Source: Haliotis rufescens (taxonomy: Eukaryota). Taken from it: a stretch of DNA of 64,000 nt. Within the stretch, counting starts at the first letter, position 1; each line of letters begins with the position of its first letter. This document shows positions 13,324 to 25,400 of the stretch, piece by piece. The notes beneath the pieces were generated by a model. It ran no database searches. It was not told the origin of the DNA and worked only from the letters and a program-made list of their open reading frames with translations. A program made the translations under genes and the position numbers. The stretch is from NCBI RefSeq assembly GCF_023055435.1, contig NW_025963846.1:5518001-5582000 (forward strand), in the 5' to 3' direction.

Positions 13324-15234
13324 ACGAGTGTTTGTTAAGTTTTGTTTATGTATCTCATTGCCTTTTCATATGTATCAAGTTCAAACTGTTTTGCTGTGCC
13401 TCCTTCACTGAAGACAGTAGTCTGATAGGTTGAGTGATGTTAACCTATTAGGAATACCTTTGAAAATATATCGTCTTCAATGAATCAACTGAACTTATAA
13501 TTTGTTTGGTTCCATTCAAGAACTATTTTTCTCTGGTATTGCAGGATTTAGATGTGCTTAGAAAGTTTTATGCTAATGAATCTAAAAAATTCCTTCCTTT
13601 TTGTATATTTGAGGAATTTTTCTGTAATTTAGCATCAATGGATGTATTAGAAGCACAGTATTTGGTTGCAGAAGACTATCATCTTCAGTGAAGATTGCAT
13701 CAGGATAATTGTCTATTCAAGGATCACACTTGAAAGTTCAATTGTTTAAATTTTAATTACTTAAGGTGTTGTTAATTTCAGGAGGAACACTGAGGTACTA
13801 CATGCACTGATTCTACCAGTTTGTTTTCTATGTACAGTCATTTCTGAAGTAACTGAGCATGCAGGGATGACTGGGACAATGTGAAATTTTAGGAAGAAAT
13901 AAGGCGTGATGGCTTTTTTTCCAAATCTGCCAATGTACTTAAATAATGAATACTTACCCGTACATTGTACTATCAATATTCATATATTCATCACGTCAGG
14001 TTTACGATCTAAGTCCTAACATTATCTGTGGCCCATAGGTGTTTACTGGTCACATCAGTTCTGTTTGTGAAGCCTACATCGAGTCACACTGTTATGATTC
14101 ACTAACGCTTGATTCGGAGAAAAAACTAGGTCATACTTATGATGTTATCAAGGGGAGGTAACTCTGAATAGTCAGTTTGTCTGTTCCAGCTATCCAAGCA
14201 GTAAGTATGGTTTTACGCCGCTTTTAGAAATATTCCAGCAATATCACGGCGGGGGACAGCAGAAATGGGCTATCCAAGAAGTAGAAGTAGGATTTTCATA
14301 CGGTAATGCTGAATGACCACGTATGCTCTCTTACTTCAAAATAGACCTGTACTTAATGCATAAAGTATTTCACAAGTGTTATTGAAGTGTACTTAATGGA
14401 TTCAGTAAATTAATCAAGCTGCGTCTTTAGATCCGTTCAAACAGCTTTATGAAATAATGAGACATTACTTACTTACTTGTGAAGTGATTTGTTTGCTTTG
14501 ACTTGAAAATGTTTCCAAATCTGCAAAATATGTGCAATGTAGGCAATAGCATCTTGTGAAGATACTTGACCTGTTTCCTCTGTTAATCCTGTTGTTCAAG
14601 AACAAGATCTGAGTGCCATCTTAGTGAACATCTGTTTTCTGTAAACACAAGATAAAGAAATAGGATGGGAAAGGTGGGATGGAATCTTTGCTTGCCTGTC
14701 TGAACACCTAAGTTTCCTTTCAGTTGTTGTTGTCCCCAGCATTAATATGAGTTTGATTAAGATATCAGTATTGTGAAGCCTCTTTTGAAGGGTGAATCAG
14801 GTAACTTGTGTAGGCGTGGCATGGACGTGGTCACTTTGTATCCCAAGACAACAGTAGCTGGTGCCTTGTCTTTTACCATTATTTTCATTATGTGGTCTAA
14901 CAAAAGATCCTTTCAAAATAGATTCACATTTTTATCCCCAAATATTAACATAAAAGATTCTCAGCGTTTACCTTAACATTTTTGTTAAGATATTTTTATA
15001 CCAGCAGACCAGAATCAGTAGCCAGAAAATGTCACTAGCACGTCCAGATAGATCATTATACAAGGCTTGTATTACAAGCTATATTAAGCATTTTCTATGC
15101 CTAGTTCGCCGTTAAAACAGCCACATGTCCAAGAGTCTCGTTAAATTGTATTTGGTCTTTTAATCTTAACGGATAATAGTCCACAGTATGTTACGGAAGA
15201 GAGAAGTTTGGGTTAATTACAATGTTTGGCTGGG

Positions 15235-15516
15235 TTGGTTGGTTGGTTTGTTTGTTTTGTTTGTTGTTTAATGCCGCACTCAGCAATACTCCAGCTATAT
15301 GACGGCGGTCTGTAAATAATCGAGTCTGGTCCAGACAATCCAGTGATTGACATCACGAGCATCGATCCACGCAATCGGGATCGAAGACATGCATTAACCA
15401 AATCAGCGAGCTTGACCACCCGATCCCGTTAGTCGCCTTTTACGACAAACATAGTCGCCTTTCACGGCAAGCATGGGTTGCTGAAGACCTGTTCTACCCC
15501 GGAATCTTCACGGGTC
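15235..15516 (-). mobile_element. Full-length SINE-like retroposon, family A (282 bp)
   Basis: 13-bp TSD atgtttggctggg (15222-34 and 15517-29). The element begins GACCCGTGAAGAT and ends in an (AACC/AAAC)n tail. Confidence 0.92.
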
Positions 15517-16070
15517 ATGTTTGGCTGGGACTCTGTACACTTCGTGGTCCTGGACACAGCTTATATGTCCAAGCTGTTCTGTGTTGTCCTTGATGCTGAG
15601 CAGTGTTTACCTACAGGTGTTTACTGTGATGGTATCCCAGGTCTTGTCAGAGTAGATGGCTAGCCTGCACTGGTACTTAGGTTGAGTCACAACTGTTAGT
15701 TCTAGCACTGCTGACACAATCAAATGAGTTGCTGATACAGATCCGATGCATGATAATCAATATCATTATTTGCATGTTATTGTCAAGAACACTATATTAA
15801 TTTACCTGCGTATGTGTGATTTCCTTGTTTAACGAGTTATTTTGTACCTGATTCAGACAAGTTACCATATTTGACATATTTAGTGACATATTTACCATGG
15901 GCAGTTTTTTAGTGATGGAATAGTTTGACAAGAGAGAGATCGTTCATTTCTGATTTATATTTTTGTCATGAGAAGTGGATCATTAACAATTAGGAAGGAC
16001 ATGCTGGAAAGGGACTGATATCTGCTTTGTGGAAGCTACTGCTGATTTTGCAATTGGGAATTGACAATGC

Positions 16071-16339
16071 TGGTTTGGTTTGGTTTGTTGTTTAACGCCG
16101 CACTCAGCAATATTCCAGCTATATGATGGCAGTTTGTAAATAATCGAGTCTAGACCAGACAATCCAGTGATTAATATCATGAGCATCGATCCACACAATT
16201 GGGATCGGTGACATGCATCAACCAAGTCAGCGAGCCTGACCACCCGATCCCGTTAGTCGCCTTTTACGACAAGCATAGTCGCCTTTTACGGCAAGCATGG
16301 GTTGCTGAAGGCCTATTCTACCCCGGAATATTTAAGGTT
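16071..16339 (-). mobile_element. SINE-like retroposon, family A
   Basis: TSD aattgacaatgc on both sides. Family A body with a degraded 5' end. Confidence 0.88.
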
Positions 16340-17679
16340 AATTGACAATGCAGTCAGTGAGTGAAGGTATGTTCAGTTTCACTCACGGAAGGGCATGGGG
16401 CATGGGGTATGGGATAGTTTGGGAGGTGAAGTTTTTGTGTTTTTTTGGAGGGATGGGGGATAGTTAGAGAGGGGAAGTTATGTTTTTGGAGGAAGGTGGG
16501 GATGGTCCGGGAGTGAAAGTTGTGGTTTTGGAGGGGAGAGGGGTAGTTCTGGATTGGAAGTTGGAATCTTTTGGGGGATGGGGTGGTGGGGGAGGCAAAG
16601 TTTGAGACGGGGTGTGGGGTGTGAAGGTAGTGGATGGGATGGTTACGGTGGAGAAGTTGGGGTGGGATAGTTGTTATGGGGATGTTGGTGTTGGGGTAAG
16701 GGTCAGGGATGCCTCCCTTTTGAAAATTTAAGATTTGTGTTCACCTGTCAATTAATGTCTCGCTCCAAATAATATATACTGAAGTATTTTTATCTAGATC
16801 CTCATTGTGTAATTTCTGGATCCATCCATTTAAACTTCCATCTTGATAAGAAAATTAGAAGAATATTATATGATATTGTTCTGTGTTGAATAGAGCAGTT
16901 CACTCAATATGTCGAATATGGAAACTGTTTCATGTGTTAGCAGTCAGCATATTTCTCTGATGTAAAGACTTAAGTCTTCTCTTTGCTGAATTGTCTGTAG
17001 GGAATCAAGTACTTAGCCAAAAGATTTGCCATCAGCTGCTTATTCAGGGACATTATGGATGAAGAAAAGGTTTACTGGTTTGATACATGTGTAAAAAAAT
17101 GTATGTATTATAGAAATCCTGTGTATTATGTATCCTTATGTGTGAGAGGAGGGACGGTAGAGGGGGGGTAGTTGGAAGGGCGGCGGATGAGGATGGTGCA
17201 CAACAGCCGGAGCTTGACACTGAAGTGCAGTGACACGAAACCAGTCATCATTTTGTGGAACATTGGGGACAATGATACTGACTAATATAGGGGTATCAAT
17301 ATGGTACATATTGAAAACAAAACAAAAAAGTTGAATTGATTTGTCAAATGTTAAAAATCTTTTAAGTTCAAATGATGTTTATCATCGGCAGCTGAATATT
17401 TTCAAATGAGTACATACTTAATAATGAGACCACTATGTTTTTTAAAAACGTCATATGATATCTTACACTTTGCCTTAGAGAAATAAGGATTAGTTCCATC
17501 CACATTTATGCCAGGTATTGACATTGAGATATGAGTTCAGAATCAAACTGTTTTACTCTATTATAACTTGTAGTAGGCAGAGGACCGTAGTTTGAAGACT
17601 GACATTTTACATTTAGGCTTAATAGTTAATTAAGTTAAACTTTGTGACCACAGCATGTTGGTCAAACATCTTGCTCAAG

Positions 17680-18190
17680 AACTGGTGTGTCAAGCTTCTT
17701 GCACAGGATCCTGGTGTGTCAAGCTTCTCATACAGGATCCTGGTGTGTCAAGCTTCTTGGACAGGATCCTGGTATGTCAAGCTTCTTGGACAGGATCCTA
17801 GTGTGTCAAGCTTCTTGCACAGGATCCTGTTGTGTCAAGCTTCTCACACAGGATCCTTGTGTGTCAAACTCTGTACTGGATCCTAGTATGTCAAACTTCT
17901 CACACTGGATCCTGGCGTGCCAAACTTCCCACACAGGATCCTTGTGTGTCAAACTTCTCACACTGGATCCTGGTGTGTCAAGCTCTGTACTGGATCCTTG
18001 TATGTCAAAGTTCTCACACTGGATCCTGGCATGTCAAACTTCCCACACAGGATCCTAGTGTGTCAAGCTTCTTGCACAGGATCCTGGAGTGTCAAGCTTC
18101 TCACTCAGGATCCTGGTGCGTCAAGCTCCTTGTACAGAGAGCTGGCACATCAAGCTACTCATGCAGGATCCTAGTGTCAAGCTTCTTGTA
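17680..18190. repeat. Tandem minisatellite, ~29-bp unit
   Basis: cacaggatcctggtgtgtcaagcttcttg repeated about 17 times with variants. Confidence 0.9.
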
Positions 18191-20845
18191 TTGGAAGGAA
18201 GTGTGCCCAGCTATGGCTGTGCAGACGAAGTGAAGGGGGGAGGAACATACAGTGTTATAATGTGATGAGTAAGTGTTCAATATTGTTTGTGTTGTTAACT
18301 TATGACTTTATTATGAAAAAGATGATATAAAATATGAAAAAAAGTCAAATTCATAATACAATTATAATATATAAAACAAAGCTCACAAAAACCAAGTATT
18401 CATCTATGATGTTTTGACGTTATTGTGTTCATTTTCAATCTCTATTTGTGTATATGTCCATGAGAACAAATATCCTGAAGTCACATTTTATGTAGCTTAT
18501 TAAAATGAGTTTATATATTATTATTATATATATATTAACAAATGTTGTTGGTTTGTATTTTAATAATACTATAGTTGTGTTGTAGAAACAAATTGTGTAA
18601 AATAAATACAAACCAAATGCAAATATGTTGATTTTAAACATTTGTACTGGTGGGAATGAATATATACATATATGTCCTGTGTATGTTTTTGAGCAGAATA
18701 GTTTTAGATTTTTATCTTTTCTTTTCATCAACAATAAGTGTTTTTATCAGTTATACATGTTTTATCAGGTATATATTTAAACCTGTTTGCTTGAATTGAC
18801 GCTATGTTAATCCACAAACTGATATGTATGTCAAATGTAAATAAGATTTTTATTGTAGAAAGTCATCCTTCAATGTCTGATTCATCGTTGTATACAATCA
18901 TCTCATGAAACACCCCTTGGCAATTTCACATGCTGAACTTACTCAAGGGGAGATAACTCCATCAACTTGACTAGTGTACACTGTTTTTACAAGATCTATG
19001 TTCATATTTGGTCTCCTTGTAACTAGAGTTATCTACCCTTACCCCGACTGCAACATTCAAAGCATAATAGATAACTGGTCTCAATTAGAGTGCCATCACT
19101 TTTACACATCAATATCATCAGTTGAGTTGTTTTGTCAAGTAGGCATGGTAGCGTGTTCTGATATCTGTGCCGATGAATGGAAGGCTGCGTTTGAATGAGT
19201 GCTATCACAGCTACACAACCACATTCTTCAACCGGATGTCGTTCATCTTTCCAAGGAGGAACATACCAAAGATGAAAGATACCCTGTTATCCTTCACGTA
19301 ACCATGGTAACCACCCTAGATGACATCCGTAATAATTCTCGATACATACAAACAACAGTTGGCCTTAATACGGGGAAGGGGTGGGCGGAAACTGACCTTG
19401 GACAAATGGGTAAAGATTTAGTTAAATGGCTTGAAGGCAATACATGATCTTTCGTAAGAACAATTTGTGGCAGTTTTGTTGTTGTGAAATTTTAATAAGA
19501 TGTTATAAGTGTATTACTGCTTAGCTTTACCAACCATCCTTTGTAAAATTTCTGTACCATGTTGTAAGCCTAGACAGGAATGGCCGCCTTAACAAAAACA
19601 GGATGTATTTTCACATAGTTACTTTGCGAAGGAGTAATTTGCCTAGTTCGGATATTCTAAATGAACATTTAAACTCTTGCACATATATTTTTATATGAAT
19701 TCATACTTCATCATACACCAATTACCTTTGTATTGATTAACATTCTCCTTCATCTTGCACACATTGGGCACCTGCGATGCAGTAGATGGATTACCTCCCC
19801 TGGTTCCGAAATCTGACATTGGACTGCAGTAGGTTATGAGCAAAATTTGTTTCTCGAACAAATCAGAGCGATGTTCAGGTTGAACTTTTGTTGGACTAGT
19901 GGTGTAAGTGCACTTTTAGTTATGAATGGACTAATGGAAGATAGTGGAAGGAATATTTATCTGATAATAGTTTAAAATCTCGTTGCCATCGCGAAAACAT
20001 TGCGCTTTTGTGACCAAATTGGACCACAATATCAGGAGAAGGTAAATATTACAGTAATGGTAAGTGAATAGTTACGTAACATTTTTGAGAAAGCAGTGAA
20101 GAAATGTTTGAATATGATTTAGTGGTTTGAGGGAAATGCTATCACATTGCTGACACTTTGTCGGGTACAAGTCTTAGCATCATATAATCCAGGAGTTAGG
20201 TGGTGCCGAAACATGATTCAGAAATAGAAATCCCATTTATTTTAAGTTTTCATCTGACTATGGTGCTTCACTATTGTGTAGAATTGAAAACTTGCTACTT
20301 TACTGAAGGTTCTGTGGATATCAGGTATGAAAATTACGGAACTGATTTGATGGCTGAAATTATATTTCATTGGTGGTGCTAAATATGGGTCATATACCTG
20401 ATTACCCTCAGTCCATGATGGACTCTTCCAAATGTATTAGTAGGGTAGTGCTGATTTTGTTAAAATTGGTATTAGAATTTTCAAAGGTTTTTGGTGGTAA
20501 TGTGAGAAGCTGTTTTTATGTTTCTGCCTTTAGTGCAGTCTCATGTGGCCAGGTGTCTGCATGGCTGGTACACTGTGAGTTGGAACAATTGTCCTGTGCA
20601 GTCCTTGTTCATACAATCTATGCTTTATACATCTTGTTATTACATTTATTAATGTAAGTGATTAGTTCTCAATTAAAAGTGTCTCTTGTAAATTATACAC
20701 ACACAGTAGGCTTGTTTTGTGTATTGTTTGATATACATAGAAACGTGAGGCAATAATAAATGAATTATGTGAATTTGGTCACCGTTGTTTATTTCCTGGA
20801 CTACAGACACGGGTCAGGTTACAGTGTTGTGTGCCTTATTACCTG

Positions 20846-20949
20846 GGTGTCTTTGTACAAAACCTTAGCGCTACGACTGTCGTAAGTCTATGTTAAGGAA
20901 TGGGAGTTATGATCACCTTAGAGCTAAGATAGGTTTGAACAATGGCACC
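20846..20949. mobile_element. 104-bp PIF/Harbinger-type MITE
   Basis: Imperfect TIRs ggtgtctttgtacaaa / tttgaacaatggcacc with a 3-bp TSD CTG. It interrupts the satellite unit ttattacCTGgaccag. Confidence 0.7.
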
Positions 20950-20978
20950 CTGGACCAGAGGTCAGGTTACAGTGTTGT

Positions 20979-21219
20979 TGGTTTGTTGTTTAACAACGCA
21001 CTCAGCAATATTCCAGCTGTATGACAGCGGTCTGTAAATAATCGAGTCTGGACCAGACAATCAAGTGATTGATATCATAAGCATCGATCCATGCAATTGT
21101 GATCGATGACATGCATCAACCAAGTCAGCGAGCCTGACCATCTGATCACGTTAGGCACCTCATACGACAAGCATAGCCGCCTTTTAAGGCAAGCATGGGT
21201 TGCTGAAGACCCATTCTAC
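20979..21219 (-). mobile_element. SINE-like retroposon, family A, 5'-truncated
   Basis: Family A body. TSD tacagtgttgt/tacagtattgt within a satellite unit. Confidence 0.85.
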
Positions 21220-22042
21220 TACAGTATTGTGTGACTGTTTATTACCTGGACCAGAGATAGGGTCAGGTTACAGTGTTGTGTGACTGTTTAATACCTGGAC
21301 CAGAGATGGGGTCAGGTTACAGTGTTGTGTGACTGTTTATTACCTGGACCAGAGATAGGGTCAGGTTACAGTGTTGTGTGACTGTTTATTACCTGGACCA
21401 GAGATAGGGTCAGGTTACAGTGTTGTGTGACTGTTTAATACCTGGACCAGAGATGGGGTCAGGTTACAGTGTTGTGTGACTGTTTATTGCCTGGACCAGA
21501 GATGGGGTCAGGTTACAGTGTTGTGTGACTGTTTATTACCTGGACCAGAGATAGGGTCAGGTTACAGTGTTGTGTGACTGTTTAATACCTGGACCAGAGA
21601 TGGGGTCAGGTTACAGTGTTGTGTGACTGTTTATTGCCTGGACCAGAGATAGGGTCAGGTTACAGTGTTGTGTGACTGTTAATTACCCGGACCAGAGATA
21701 GGGTCAGGTTACAGTGTTGTGTGACTGTTTATTACCTGGACCAGAGATAGGGTCAGGTTACAGTGTTGTGTGACTGTTTATTACCTGGACCAGAGATAGG
21801 ATCAGGTTACAGTGTTGTCTGACCGTTTATTACCTGGACCAGAGATAGGGTCAGGTTACAGTGTTGTGTGACTGTTTATTGCCTGGACCAGAGATGGGGT
21901 CAGGTTACAGTGTTGTGTGACTGTTTATTACCTGGACCAGAGATAGGGTCAGGTTACAGTGTTGTGTGACTGTTTATTACCTGGACCAGAGATAGGGTCA
22001 GGTTACAGTGTTGTGTGACTGTTTATTACCTGGACCAGAGAT
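21220..22042. repeat. Tandem satellite, 49-bp unit
   Basis: ttacagtgttgtgtgactgtttattacctggaccagagatagggtcagg repeated about 17 times. Founder-like units occur from ~20790. Confidence 0.93.
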
Positions 22043-22453
22043 ATGAGTCACAAATTGTCATACACTTGACATACATGACAAATTTACCCTTTTCTAAACA
22101 CAAAACACGAACTTGCAGTTTTTGGTATTCAGAGTCAGTCTTGGTTTATTTCTCCACTATACAACACTGTCTAGTACAAACAACTTAAGTTTCTTAACAA
22201 TGTTTCTTGCCAAGAAACAAAATAGTTCCTTCAACCAACAGCAGGGGATGTGACTGTCTATCAATGAAGTGGCAAAAACATTAATCCTTCACAGGACACC
22301 AATTCTGGTCTGTATTCCCCTTAGAGTCTGTAAATCAACCAGGAACAAACCTGATTCCTCTGAAGGACATTACCTTGTAACACAAATGTCTTTTTTTCAC
22401 AGCTTGTAAAGTTCTTCCTGAGTAAACTCGATTCTCCATGGAAGTTATAAAGA

Positions 22454-25400
22454 TTACTTTCTCTTGGAGGGGTCATCCTCATCTCTGGAGACATATTTGG
22501 ACACCCTCTGTTTGATGTCCTTGACCTCGTCCTCGAACTCCCCCGGGGTGTCAGGGGTACGGTTGAACTCCATCTCGTACAAACCTCGTCTCTCCAGCTG
22601 TGTGCGGACCAGTGCATCCTCGTCGTGCTGCATGTGAATGTATGTGGGAGGAATCAAAGCGCCGGCCACGTACCTCCGCTCAGAGTTGAGGAAATTGAAG
22701 GTCGAACACGCCTGGTCCTGAAATGATGCAAGGGCAGATCCAGCATTTTCAAAAGAGAGGGGTTCAAAATATCAAAGTCAATTTTAATGCCTACATACTA
22801 CATTTGGTGTGTGTGTGTGTGTGTGCATGCGTGTGTGTCCAGACCCCTCCTGCCCTTTGGATCCACCTATGTGATATATGATTCACAAAGATATTGTACA
22901 TAATTATGCAAACAAAACATGCAGATAAGACCCTACATTCTCTAAGTGCCTGTGTGAGTCACGTGGATATCTGACATAGTATAGTGACTCCGAGCCAACC
23001 AGTCCTTGTTTTATCCTCGTAAATGCTGAGCGCCAAGCAGGGCCACCTATATTGTATATGCCCTGCTTCCATGTCATAACACAGGAACCACACCTGGCAC
23101 CAGACCTGATGAACTCACCGTGGGCAGGACTTCCACGTTGATCTTGTTGCTACGGAGATACTTGATGATACTTGTGTCATACTTTGCACCTTTGTCCCCG
23201 ATGCCAAGAACCAAGATGTCTGAAAGGTGAAGGATGAGTGAGTGGACGGGGTGGATGTTATTCATGGTCTGCTCAGTGAGAATGAAATAGTCAGGGATGT
23301 TTCTTGTGCTCTGGCGCAGCCTACATACTGAGACTGTCTACACATTGGCACAGCCAACATCCTGAGACTGTCTACACACTGGCACTGCCTACATACTGAA
23401 ACTGTCTACACACTGGCACAGCCTACACACTGAGACTGTCCATACACTGGCACAGCCTACACACTGAGACTGTCTACACACTGGCACTGCCTACACACTG
23501 AGACTGTCTACACACTGGCACAGCCTACACACTGAGACTGTCTACACACTGGCACTGCCTACATACTGAAACTGTCTACACACTGGCACAGCCTACACAC
23601 TGAGACTGTCTACACACTGGCGCAGCCTACACACTGAGACTGTCTACACACTGGCACTGCCTACATCCTGAGACTGTCTACACACTGGCACTGCCTACAT
23701 ACTGAGACTGTCTACACACTGGCACAGCCTACACACTGAAACTGTCTACACACTGGCATAGCCTACACACTGAGACTGTCTACACACTGGCACTGCCTAC
23801 ATCCTGAGACTGTCTACACACTGGCACTGCCTACATACTGAGACTGTCTACACACTGGCACAGCCTACACACTGAGACTGTCTACACACTGGCACAGCCT
23901 ACACACTGAGACTGTCTACACACTGGCACAGCCTACACACTGAGACTGTCTACACACTGGCACTGCCTACATCCTGAGACTGTCTACACACTGGCACAGT
24001 CTACATACTGAGACTGTCTACACACTGGCACAGCCTACATACTGAGACTGTCTACACACTGGCACAGCCTACACACTGAGACTGTCCACACACTGGCACA
24101 GCCTACACACTGAGACTGTCCATACACTGGAACAGCCTACACACTGAGACTGTCTACACACTGGCACAGCCTACACACTGAGACTGTCTACACACTGAGA
24201 CTGTCTACACACTGGCACAGCCTACACACTGAGACTGTCTACACACTGGCACAGCCTACATACTGAGACTGTCTACACACTGGCACAGCCTACATACTGA
24301 GACTGTCTACACACTGGCACAGCCTACATACTGAGACTGTCTACACACTGGCACAGCCTACATACTGAGACTGTCTACACACTGGCACAGCCTACACACT
24401 GAGACTGTCTACACACTGGCACAGCCTACATACTGAGACTGTCTACACACTGGCACAGCCTACATACTGAGACTGTCTACACACTGGCACAGCCTACATA
24501 CTTAGACTGTCTACACACTGGCACAGCCTACATACTGAGACTGTCTACACACTGGCACTGCCTACATACTGAAACTGTCTACATACTGGCACAGCCTACA
24601 TACTGAAACTGTCTACACACTGGCACAGCCTACACACTGACTATACACTTACACAGTCAACACACCGACACTGTCTGCACACCAACATTGTCAACACACC
24701 GACACTGCACACTGGCACAGCCTACACACCGACACTGTCTGCACACTAACATAGTCTACACACCGACACTGTCTGCACACTGTCAGCCTACTCACTGACA
24801 CAGCCTACCGACTGACACTGTCTACATACTGACACATACCTATCTTCGGTTCCAAGATGGTGAAAAGTGAAAGAGAATCCACGCTGATGTCCTCCGGGCC
24901 GCTCACCTGTGTATAAATATACATGTCAGTATTGAACAACAGATTCCTCACAGACAACAGTGTCACACTCTCATAATATCAACATGTATGATAAACATAA
25001 CTGTCAACATGACATATATAAATACCTTCAATAACTGTCAACATGTTTTGGTAGTATCTAACTTAACATATTTACCCTGATCTGTCACATTAGGCCAAAA
25101 AAGAAAACTTGCATTTAGAAGTAACTAAGACAAAATTGTTATGGATGAGCAACTTCTTTATTACAATTGGGCGACGTTTCGGTGTAGATTCTAACACCGT
25201 TATGAAGCAAATGATCTCATCAGCTCGCCAAAACAACACTGAACTATTATCTCCCCACTGGCTTCCCATACATTCCTTCTTAGTAATGCTTGTGTTAATC
25301 CCATACCCATCAATCACTGTACATCAACCCTATCTCTTGTATAAACTTGTTTATCATAACTACCTATCAATCAGTGTACATCAACCTTATCTGTTATATA

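Noticed and set aside
17644-18233. Cys-rich ORFs of 80-133 aa
   Set aside because: Translations of the 29-bp minisatellite.
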